From Octopus bimaculoides (Eukaryota), in NCBI RefSeq assembly GCF_001194135.2, contig NC_068981.1, positions 58,482,059 through 58,546,058 on the forward strand: a DNA stretch of 64,000 bases. The letters run 5' to 3'. Numbering within the stretch: position 1 is the stretch's first letter; every line of letters starts with the position of its first letter. Of this stretch, positions 37,539 to 48,801 are shown piece by piece. The notes under the pieces were generated by a model that made no database searches, was not told the DNA's origin, and saw only the letters and a list, made by a program, of their open reading frames with translations. The position numbers and the translations under genes are program-made.

Positions 37539-38760
37539 TCATGGGTCAACAGAGCTTATTGAAGCCAACACGCTCGCGGCATTACCGCGGGTGATAGCAA
37601 GGCTAAAGCGTTGGAATAGCTAAGCACCTTCACGGGCATCATCTGTCGCTAACGACGACAAGAATTTCGCTATCAGCGGCCCAGTTCCTCTAAATGTGTT
37701 AAACGCTGCACGATGGAAGAAATGGTTCACCGACAAGTCCCAATACTTTCGGATTTTACTTCGTTCGGTTACGGAAGAAGTGACTCTCCCATTTTCCGTA
37801 GCATCGAGGATGTGGGAGAGAGCAATGGAGTCACTGACTGTGACGTCCCAGATGAGACACCTACCACTTACCCAGAGACAGAAGGTAAGACCATCTGGTC
37901 TCTTCCCATCACTTTTGGACCATCCCGCCGGCTCCAGAACAGAAGGGAAATTTACCCGAGCTAGAGTCCGCTTAATGATCAGGTTTAGCTCGGTGTGACG
38001 AGCGAAACGTCCAGCATTTAAGCGGCAAGACAAACCATGAAGACCTTTGAGATCAAGGGGCCTACCATAACGACATCGAAGTCCCCCACAGACGTTGGTT
38101 CCCACTCTGAGTGCAATGGAGATAAGGAGCTCATCCAGACTGAGCAAACTGCCAATGTTGGCCACAGTTAGGGCATTAGCCCAACCCCACGAGAATTTCG
38201 CACTTCCAGAAAGTAGACGACACCTTGAAAATTGATCAGATTGATCAAAGAGAGTTGAAAATACCACTTGAACGCAGATTGTCCCATACTCCCTACATCC
38301 GTCTATCCGCATCTGTATCAGAAACTTTCAAATCCAGCTCTCTCCATTGTAGCAGAGCTTCATTCATCTCCCTATTGGAACTAGTCTATATTGGAAGGGA
38401 GATAATGTTGCCTACAAAAGAAGAGCAAGCGTGGATGGCGGAAAGAAAACAGGTAAGAGACAGAGATGAGCACTTACACTGACTTAGACCCCCAAACCGT
38501 TTGGGAAAATCAGCCTGGTTGTGAGACTCTGGAGAGAGTCTGACATTCACCAAATATTCCAACAGTCACAAGAACGGTTTCTTTTTGGCTAGTGATATCA
38601 GAAACTTGCTTTCATGTGTCAGACACCATTGTTCTATTACCCTTGAGAACGTGGACGAAGGCAATATTGTTGCACCTAGGCTTTTGTAGTTTATTATTAA
38701 AAAAGGATTGGCATTCTGTTTCTGAGGTATCTAGGACAATATTATCTGATGTGTCTCATT
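37539..38760 (-). mobile_element. Inactive CRE-clade-like non-LTR retrotransposon 3' fragment (CCHC knuckle plus restriction-like endonuclease)
   Basis: ORF 38312-37620 has C-x-x-G...HGLSC, RH..LN.II...L, EP...DGKRPDG..., WDVTV and K.RKY. After an in-frame TAG (37620-37622) it continues LFQRFSLAITRGNAASVL, the typical CRE/RLE C-terminus. Upstream RT-thumb remnants are frameshifted. Confidence 0.8.
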
Positions 38761-39753
38761 TAAGGCAGGATTATTTGAGGGAATTTAGCTGATATTTCTA
38801 ACAGGTAGAGGTACCTTCTCCTCGAGGACGTGGGGTGCAAGCGTACCCTTAAAAGTTTTTTTTTTTTTGCGAGGAGGGGCAATGAAAATGCTTTGAACAT
38901 CCTGTATTGGACTTGAGTTTGCACCTCCTCAGCACATTTCATTCCCGCACTTACACCCTTCTCATTATTTTAGTTTGTATGCATCACAGGAAGAAAAAAT
39001 GCGCAGACATTTAGGGTTTAGAGGTAATATCATAATCCTTTATCAAAATTGTTATGACAGTGGGAATATAGCTAATACTCGTGATGCCGTAATAATACCT
39101 TTTCCGAGGACACTGAATGGCATAAATAGAATGGCTCCAATTTGGGATTTGAAACTTGCTCAAAATATTATTTCAGTTTAACTAGTTTTCTGTTTCTTTA
39201 TTGTGATTCTTTTCTTCGATTCTTAAATCTGATAAGACGATACCCAAATTTCCTATCTTGTCAATGTTCGATGTAATAAAATATATAACATTGTCGAAAT
39301 TAGAAAATGCTAATGAAACAAATTATAGTTTTGACTGGCAGAAACAATTTTTTTAAATGAGACCACTAATTGTGAAATGCTAACATTGACGTAAGATATC
39401 ATATTTGGTATAATTGACTAAATGAACTAAACGTCTGATAAAACTGTTGTTTATCCCGAGGCTTTCGAATAAATAAGTGAACAATACCATTTCATTCTAA
39501 TTCCAACTTACTCTTTTCTTATGGACACCAAATGAATGTAGGTGTTGAAAAGCTCACTCTTTTTTAAGATGTCACCTCACAAATGCTGTAATAGTTAATC
39601 TCTTGATCTTTCACCTTCGGAACGAACCGGTGAGTGGCAGTCACTTAGTCACTCGGCTTGCTAGAAATGGCAACGAAATCTCCATTAAATCATAAAACGG
39701 AACGGACTACTGGACAAGGTGCTACACATTGTATTTCTTAAGAACATATTCTA

Positions 39754-39942
39754 CAGGGTGTCCACAAAGTCTGGCATAACATAAACAATTAAATATAAGA
39801 TAATAATTTCTTAAAGTGTGTGTTAATCCCCATGGGGTACACGGAGTAAATAAAATCATAACATAAACAATTAAATATAAGAAATAATAATTTCTTAAAG
39901 TATGTGTTAATCCCCATGTACCCAGACTTTGTGGACACCCTG
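39754..39942. mobile_element. Tc1/mariner-type MITE (189 bp) with internal direct duplication
   Basis: Perfect 21-bp TIRs CAGGGTGTCCACAAAGTCTGG, flanked by TA at 39752-53 and 39943-44. Confidence 0.88.
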
Positions 39943-40160
39943 TAAAATGCTACCAACTTGTAATATTTGAACTCGGTGACATTTCGCTTTAGAAACTGAA
40001 AATAAAAGATTACCTTTAACTCTAACTACGTTCAACAGCACTAATTTAATCTGAGAACTGAAATGACTATTAAAAATACATCATACGATCATATTTCGTA
40101 ACATATTCTCTTAAAAACAAAATTTCTCTATCGCATAAGACATAGATTTTGCTCCAGTGA

Positions 40161-40187
40161 TGTGACGTCACAAAATTTATCCAATCA
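40161..40187 (+). promoter_or_regulatory. CHCHD2 proximal promoter: palindromic CRE (tgTGACGTCAca) and CCAAT box
   Basis: Perfect TGACGTCA at 40163-40170 within a 12-bp palindrome; CCAATCA at 40181-40187; about 85-110 nt upstream of the ATG. Confidence 0.6.
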
Positions 40188-40269
40188 GAATTTAGTTCTC
40201 TTCAGCTCTAGAAAACGAAAGAATATTTAACCTCCACTAATTTTGAAAGCATTAAAAACTGCTTCCAAG

Positions 40270-43200
40270 ATGCCGCGACGAGGACGTTCAATGTCATCCA
40301 GGTAAATGGAAAAAAAAACTATTTTCGTTTCCTTCTGTAAATCCTATATAAATTTACGAGCAATTCTTATTGTTTTTTCGCTGACCTTTTGATAGATGGC
40401 ACGTGGATTTGCGTGTCCTTTATTCATTTAGTTCTAATTTCGCTTTGTCGAAATATTTGTTGACAATTGTTTATTAAAGTTACGTGACGGTCACTCAACT
40501 CTCAATTTAACCTGAAAAGTTAAAATTAATTTTAACTATTCAGTAGCAAGTAAAGAAAAGGTACGAAATTTAACAAATTAGTACCCTATTACTTATTTGC
40601 AGTCTTTCAAATAATTTTTTTTTCCTGATTGATTATAGGAAATATAGTATGTACCTAATTAGTACATGTGTTAGTGAAAACTGTATTTCTTGATTAATTT
40701 TTTAGAATTATTTTTCTTCTTTTAAACTCGGATCTTTCACCAGTATTTGAATAAATTACCCGGAAATAGTGAATATAAGTGAACGTTAACAATAATTGCG
40801 TCAGCAATGTATTAGAACTCGAATTTCGATTTGAAGCAATCACTCAAGATGATGATCAGCTACACATAAATCACGCTTAAAGGACAGTTTGTTCATATAA
40901 TAGTGATATTTAAAAATAATATTTTAGGTATTACTGTTTAAATTTCAAAATGATAAAACTACTAATTTTATCAATTTTCAAAAATTTCAGTTAATCATTA
41001 CTAATCATTAGATATAGCATTTGGTTATAACAGTACATTTTTGTTGAGCTCACATTGTATTAATTTTTTATCTTATTTTTTTTTATATTTTCTGACCCTA
41101 ACCGTTAGCCTTACTCTAAAAATTGTAACAAAACTTTATTTTTAAAATTTTTATCCAATAAAATAAAATGGATTTCTTGGGGAACAAATGTTGCAGTAAG
41201 GGCACATGTTGCTTAAAATAATCTCAGTATAATAAAAACAATTTTCTTTGACGAAACATCTGCGTAATCGATGGCTCTGGTGGAAATAACAGCCATATCT
41301 CGCGAATCACACTTCTCCTACCGTCTTAAAAAAAGGAAGGCTTCATTGGTTAATGTGGTTCTGTATATGTGATGAAAAACCAAAATAAATTCATGGTCGC
41401 TGGATCTTTTTATAGATCGATTAGAACTCACCTGCAGCAAAAGAAACAACTCGTGTAATTTTAAAGGCATCTGTAAATTATGTTCGTTTTAAAACGTGTT
41501 ATGGAGTAAAATCGCTGAACCATAATAACAATGTCTTAGTATGCTTACGTTTAACAGGCGTCATGTCTTAGGCCTGATCGAGCAAACTTAGTATCAAAGG
41601 CATAGTCTAACTGACAATTACAGCTTTTTCTTCAGGATCATTTCTTTCCCCAACAGCTCTACGGTAGGGTTTTATTGAGATTTGGCTGATATTTCCCCCA
41701 TCTCGAGTGACCACGATGAGCCTTGCTCTCTGGTTGACTAGGAATGTTTTCATGCGTTTCTGTAACTTTCGGGTAGTTGTCGTTTAGCTACAGGTCAACT
41801 TTGGTCAGAATCCCATACCGCATGGAAAGAGAATAACAGAAGTTTGGGGCAAAAATGTAAAAATAATCGTGATTTCCAACATATGAAACTCGGGAACCCT
41901 ATTTTAAAAAAATTAAAGAAAAAAACTTTTTCCTTTCCTATGATATACATGTGCTACACTTTTAAGGTGATTTGAAGGAGTTATAGCTAGCATATCGAGC
42001 AACTGCGTAGAGGCTCCCTCGTTTGTTATATCAATGATTAGCTCTGGGATTTAGGTATTTCATCATGTTTACTTACGTAACTTCTGTATGTAATTGCGTA
42101 ATATAAGCAGTTGAGGTGCATATACACTTTCAGTCAACAATCTAGAATTGAGTTACATAAACAATGGTAATAGCAAATATAAGAACTCGTCTTTATTGAA
42201 TACAACCAAACACTATTTTATACCGGTCAACTATTGTTATTGTAATCCATTTGTCGACGGAATTCTGGTTTAAGCATACTACATAACCCCTCAACTATAT
42301 TTTTGGGAATTTTCTGGTGTGCTTAAAACAAAATTTCTCCCATTTGTCAAATAGACCGAGTTACTTCAAGGAATTTGTAATGGTCATATTTAATAGTTAT
42401 ATAACGACTGTCGACCAGGTCGAATTGCTGCATTTACAAGCAGTTTTTTTCACCATTGCGTTTTATTTCAACGATCAAGACTACAAGCTTCTACGTGGTT
42501 AGTCAACTTGCTAGTAATAGCAGCCAAATTTACCCCAGATCTGTATATTAGTGCTAGTCATGAAAAAAAACAACAAAAAAAACACCCAATGCACTCTGTA
42601 AAGTGGTTGTCATAAAGATGGGCATTCAACCACAGAAACTATACCAAAGCATATATTGGAGCAGTCCTCCAGCTCATTGAATTCTATCAAGCTGTCTGAC
42701 CTATGCCAAACATGGAAGACAGATGTTAAATGATGAGTTTACAGGATGCATCCAGAAGGATTATTCAGGCAAATACCTTAATCTCAATTCCTCATAATTA
42801 CTTCTGAATATGCTCACTCAGTGGTATTTATGTGTAATTAGGATGATTACCTTTTGGATGGATGTTATTTTTGGGCATTATTTCATTCAACTGTAAAACT
42901 TGTAACTAAAAATCCATCCTATAAACAGTATCTAATGTATATCATTATCATTTTTACATCTGTTTTTTCTTGCTTGAATAGGCTGGGTAGGTCTTCTCCA
43001 ATACAGAATATTGCCACCTGTATTCATTTGGTATCTCCTTTATGAAGTTCAGTATCTTGAGATAAGTTTTCGTCACTTCCGCTCTTATTTTTGTCCGTGT
43101 CACTCACTATTCCCCTTTACTTGGATCATCTGGCACTTCTTTATCCAACTGTCATCATGCATATGCATTACATGTCCATATCACATGACATCTAATTCTT

Positions 43201-46200
43201 CTTATACTCAGATTTTCTCTTGATTTGATTGGACCTCATCATTGACATTAAACATTCAGCAGAGTATGCTCACCTTATTTCATTACAGCTTTCACCCATC
43301 CTCTGCATTCAGTGCTCATGTCTTTGGTACCATTCAAATTCATATATTGTAAACATGAATCATACAATCTATTTCTCACTTGAAAGTAGAATTCCTTTGT
43401 TGCTAGTAGAACTAATAGCTACCTGAACTTTTCTCTACTTGTTTTTATTCTGGCTTCTATACTTTCAGAACACCCTCCTCTAATGCTGATTAAGTCATTT
43501 CAGTCACAGAAATTGTCAAATAATTTTATGAAGCCTCTTCAAACCATACAATTTATTTCACTAGTATCCTGACTGTTTGCTACTCTCAGATATCTGTCAC
43601 ATAAATTATATTTGTGGGGTGTTTTAATAGTCTTTCTCACATTAGCATGGGCTGAACAAATATATTATTGAGACATTGTTTTAAAGCTGGATGGCTTTCG
43701 TGTCATAAACCTTTACCTGCTTTTGAAGTAAGGGATTTTTGGAAAACTCAAATGTAAACATGCATTTGTACACACACACACACACACATATGATGGGTAT
43801 CTTTCATTTTCCGTTTACTAAATCCTTTTACTCGACTTACATGGCAGAAGACACTTGTTCAAGTATCTTCTGCTGGACACTTTCTACAAGGTGTTGCACA
43901 GTGTGTCTGAAGTCAGAACCATGTGGTTAGAAAGCAAATTTCTTACCGACACAGCTTTGCTTTCATCTAGTTATGATTTATGATTAGTTAGTTCCATTAT
44001 GAGCAGAGATTGTATTTGTATTATTTATTTCTTCAAATACTTTCAGGCCAATGGTTCCAGCTCCGGTTTCCAGGCCTGTAGCTCCAGCTCCTGTTCCTGC
44101 TCAACCTTCTGCAGTTGCAGCTCCTCGACAACCTGGACTTTTCGCACAAATGGCTACCACAGCTGCAGGTGTTGCTGTGGGCTCTGCTGTTGTGAGTATT
44201 TTGTGTTTTGTACTTTTTATGAATTCTTACCGAACTGTTGCAATATACTGTGTATTTTTATACCTTTTAAACAAGTTTGCAATGAGCCAATTATTGATCC
44301 ACCACATTTTGGCGACAAGAATGACCAAGTTTGTATGTGTAACCTGGATGAAACAAATATCACTAAATACTCAGCAGGTTGTCCCGTAGAAACCTACAAT
44401 TGTCTTCCACGTTGTGTGATGCTATATGCCCTTCTATTTCGTAAAATGCTTCGAGTAAGACATCTCTAAATCTCTGTCCATTTGCAGGATCTTAAAGCTT
44501 CCAAACCCTTCTCCTCCAAGCTGGTCTACTTCTGGGCATCCATTTAGCCTTGATCCTGAAGTCGCTAACTACTAATCTGTGTTGATGGGTACATTCTTCA
44601 CCTGGGAAGGTTTTGGCATTTATAAGCCGTCCTCTTTCCCTATTTCTGGCGAGGATGTAGTTGATTTGCTTAGTGTGTCTGCCGGAACACTAGGTGACAG
44701 GCAGGTTTCCTGAAGTTGGTATTGCAAGCCATAAGATCATTTGCATCACAGAATTCCAGCAGTCTGGTTCCCTCCTCATTGCAGGAACCGAAGCCATAGC
44801 CTCCATATACACCATGGAAGACCCCTGCATGTTGTCCAATATGACCATTGAAATCACCAGCCACAAAGAGTAGGTCCCTGTCATTCGTTAATGAGGTAGT
44901 TTGCAACAGGGTGTCATAGAATTGGTCTTTCTGCCCATCCGGTAGCCCTGGTTGAGGGGCAGAGGCTGAGATGATGGTAGCTAACCTATGGTGAAGCACT
45001 AGTCTAATCTTAAGTACTCTATCACATACTCTGACTACCTCGATTACCTTATCAACCCATTTCTCTACAAGAAGTATTCCCATGCTCCCGACCCCGTCAG
45101 TGTTCCCTGCCCAGAAAATCTTGTACCTGTATTCTTTGCCTGTGAGGAACCTAGCGGAACCTCCTCTCCATCTCACTTCTTGGATGCAGCACAAATCTAC
45201 GCGTCTCCGTTCAAGCATCTCAACAAACCTACCTTTCAGTGTGCCGACGTTGAGAGTGCCAATTCTGATGGTGTGGGCCTGTGAGACCCTGGGATGAGGG
45301 AAAGCAGTGTCCTGTACCTGAAAAGAAAGCTTGCATTTGGCAGAATTTGTAAACAAAACGATGCCTACAACCTGCATACACTCTGTTATCTTCCCCAGTT
45401 CTTTTTCAACTCTACCCATTTTGACAGTTTGCTCCCATCCCCTCATTTTCCTTCCCATGCAAACCAACCACCAACTTCTACCTTGTGGCACCACCTGGGC
45501 ACCCCATTGACATTATCTATCTCTTGCAGCTCCTACTAATCATTATCTCTTTCTCCTGCTAGATATGAATAGCCATGCAGATCCCTCAACAAAAATCTGC
45601 TCCTCTCATAGTTATCCATCGTCTCCCAACATGAGGATGATCTTCATAAGTCTGTAGTCCTGTGAATTGCATGGCAATCTCAATTGTGAAAGCATGCCTA
45701 CAACCTGCATCTTTATGTGCTATAAGATCGATAAAACCCTGAATAGGGGAGGGGGTGGCATTAGGCCCCTAGAAGTGTTTGCAGGAGACAACCAAGGATG
45801 ACCTACATGACAATTTGCTAAAACTGTAATGAATTAGCTCAACAGTTAAATAAGGCAACTTTATAAGTGAATATTTAAAAAAAATTATTTTTACACAGTA
45901 CTGTTTATTAAAACCCATTCTTCTACTCCCTAATTTTTAATTTACACTTACTGATTGCAAAATTCTGAACTTTTCCAAGTTATTGGAATGAAGCAATAGA
46001 AATGATTAGTGCAGGGTAGTTTTTATGTTGTTCAGTTATTCTGTGAACTTCGGTTATTCCTTTTATTGTTAACATGTAAATAAAATTTAATGGCTTTATG
46101 AAATGATAGGAAAATAAAAAAACTAAAATTGCTTTATTTTACAATCTTTCTAGGGTCATACTGTGGGACATGCTTTAACTGGATCATTTAGTGGCTCAAA

Positions 46201-47946
46201 TAATGAAGTTGCTGCACCAGCACAACAAGCAACTTCTCCTGAACCAATTCACCCACAATCTGCAGGATCCACACATGCAAATCGATGTGAATGGGAAATC
46301 AAGCAATTTATGGAATGTGCTCAAAATCAAAGTGATATCACTTTATGTTCAGGATTTAATGAGGCTATTAAATTATGCAAGCAACAAAATGGTAAATATA
46401 TTTTCTATTTGTTTTTTAAAACTCATCAAACATTTTCCACTGTATCAATATTATGTTATTTAATGGTGTTGATAACTTTATTAGGTTTGATACAGGTAAA
46501 CAGTTGAGCAAGTATCATAACTGACTCCTTGTAACATCATTTTGATGTGCTTAATATTTTAGATAGCTTAAATGTTGACCCTGATAACAAGACAGCTCAT
46601 GATAAAGTTACTTGATAACAAAGCTCAAGATATCTTGTGGCTGTGCTGTCAAAAACTACATTTTATCTATTAATTTCTGGAAGCAGAAGACATGGGATGA
46701 AATGCTGAAGGCTGACCTCAGGACCTTGAGCCTAATGAAAAGATGGCTAAGGATTGAGATCTCTAGTGATCTGTGGTCTTTCAAAAGGCTCCTTGGCATC
46801 AGAACAGTTCTGAAAGTGCTTTCTGCCCATGTTACAATGACTCTCCTTCTCCTCACATGCATTATGCCTGCCTTCACCACCACCACTGGCTCCTAAAGAC
46901 TCCTCAACTATGTCATTCCTCTCTTGACCCCCATCCCCACTTTCCTGCATTTCTCTATCTTCTCCAGTTCATTGTTTTCAACTCTACCCATTTTAACAGT
47001 TTGCTCCCATCCCCTCATTCTCCTTCCCATGCAAACCGACCACCAACTTCTTCTCAGCTTGTGCCTTGTGGCACCACCTGGGCACCTCATTGTCATTATC
47101 TATCTCTTGCAGCTCCTACTAATCATTTTCTCTTTCTCCTGCTAGATGTGAATAGCCATGCAGATCCCTCAACAAGAATCTGCTCATCTCATAGTTATCC
47201 ATCATCCTCCAAAATGAGGATGATCTTCATAAGTCTAGTCCTGTGAACTGCATGGCAATCTCAATTGTGAAAGTATGCATGAAAAAAGCACCCAGTCTAC
47301 AATGTAAAGTGGTTGGTGTTAGGAAGGGCATCCAACTGTAGAAGCCATGCTGAAGCAGACATTGGAGCATGAAGCAGTCCTCGTACTCATCAGATTGTCA
47401 TACCATCCAACCTGTGCCAGCATGGAACATGGATGTTAAATGATGATGAGTTGACATGGAGATTTCTTTTTGAACAGATGTTATTAACAACTTTTGGCAC
47501 TTAATTTTAGTTACAAAAAGTAAATTAAATAACTTCCCCGCACCCCCTTTTCTGCCAGTTTTACAACATCACTAATAGCAGCTAATTCTCAAAATTGAAA
47601 GTTTTCTCTCATAGTATATTGATAATACTGAAAGAAAATATTCCAGTTTTATTGTAGATGATGCGAATTAATATTTCTGATGTTTAAAGTCAAAATGAAA
47701 TGTAAGCAAATGCCATAATCAGTGGCTTGTTCTGAGTATCAGTTTCCACTGATATTAGAGACAAATACTTTTGTATATATCACTTTTCTCTTAATTTAGT
47801 ATTTTATTTAGTTTGTATTAAAAGATGTTCAGATTCAAGGGGGTTTATTCTCTAATTTGAGCTTATAAGGATTTCAAAAAGAACAAAATCACATGACATC
47901 AAGATTTAGGTTCATGTCTAAATTTGGGTATTTGTCAAGTGTTCTG

Positions 47947-47983
<37 letters not shown>

Positions 47984-48801
47984 TGCATTGGTATGACCTT
48001 AGGAAGATGGAAAATAAATATCAATTGCATTCAAGTTTTTAGCGGAAAGAACATCAAATTTTTAACCTTTCAATTTATGCTACTCTTAAGTTTCACTTTA
48101 GCTACAGATTATTTCTTAATAGTTGATCTGAAGACTGGAGGGTGTTAATAAAAAAAATTAGTCCATATAATGTTGACAAGAACTTTCTGCATGGAATCTC
48201 TCTTTGCTATAAGACTCACTTCTTAGTTGTGTAAATTTTTCATTACTTGTGTGTACACTAAAAAAACAAATGGAATTTCAACCCAACTACTTTTTGGTTA
48301 GATTTAATATTGTAATAGATCTAACTGCTATTTTATTTCAACCATCTAAATCCAGCAAAAAGGAAGGAACATAAACCAGCAGAAATTAAAATCGACAAGG
48401 GAAGAAAAGTATTATGATGGGGGTAAAAGAAAATTTATAAATGTATTTTCTTTTTGTTAACATCAAAACTTTGTTGTTTTTGGATTATGACATTCCTGCT
48501 GATCTTCATTTACTTCACATCATATAGTTTAGTATTTTTATCTGTATTTGCTATGGCTACTGTGAAAAATGTTGCTTCATCACAAACCTTCAATAGAGCT
48601 GAAAACCAAGTAATATTATGAAACCAATGTTTACTTTAAATCTATTAGGAGCTGAAAGTGTAATTTGATTACTTGTCTCATTTTAGGATTCAGGTTTCCT
48701 TGATATGCTGTTAGTAATATTTTTTTTTTTACAAAAGACATTAGAAACTTATTCTGTCATTTAATTTTTTTTTTTTTTTTTTTTTAGGAATATCTTTATA
48801 A
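40270..48801 (+). CDS. CHCHD2: CHCHD2/CHCHD10-family mitochondrial intermembrane-space twin-CX9C protein, 142 aa; join(40270..40301,44047..44191,46154..46391,48788..48801)
   Basis: MPRRGRSMSSR-PMVPAPV...[30 protein letters not shown]...[39 protein letters not shown]. It carries the diagnostic [21 protein letters not shown] helix and a CX9C-CX9C pair. The last exon was chosen from the long poly-T acceptor at 48787 and the conserved NG(L/I) ending; it is less certain than exons 1-3. Confidence 0.93.
44369..45697 (-). mobile_element. RTE-clade LINE 5' fragment (AP-endonuclease domain plus upstream region) in CHCHD2 intron 2
   Basis: ORF 45494-44670: [48 protein letters not shown]. These are APE motifs of RTE elements; the copy is frameshifted near 44670. 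Confidence 0.9.

Noticed and set aside
40512-40543. 32-bp AT-rich near-palindrome in CHCHD2 intron 1
   Set aside because: Almost entirely A/T with a mismatch; plausible by chance in this composition.
47647-47671. Alternative last exons of CHCHD2 (NDDAN* or NVLL*)
   Set aside because: Weaker acceptors and loss of the conserved NG(L/I) ending; 48788 preferred. Not excluded without RNA data.
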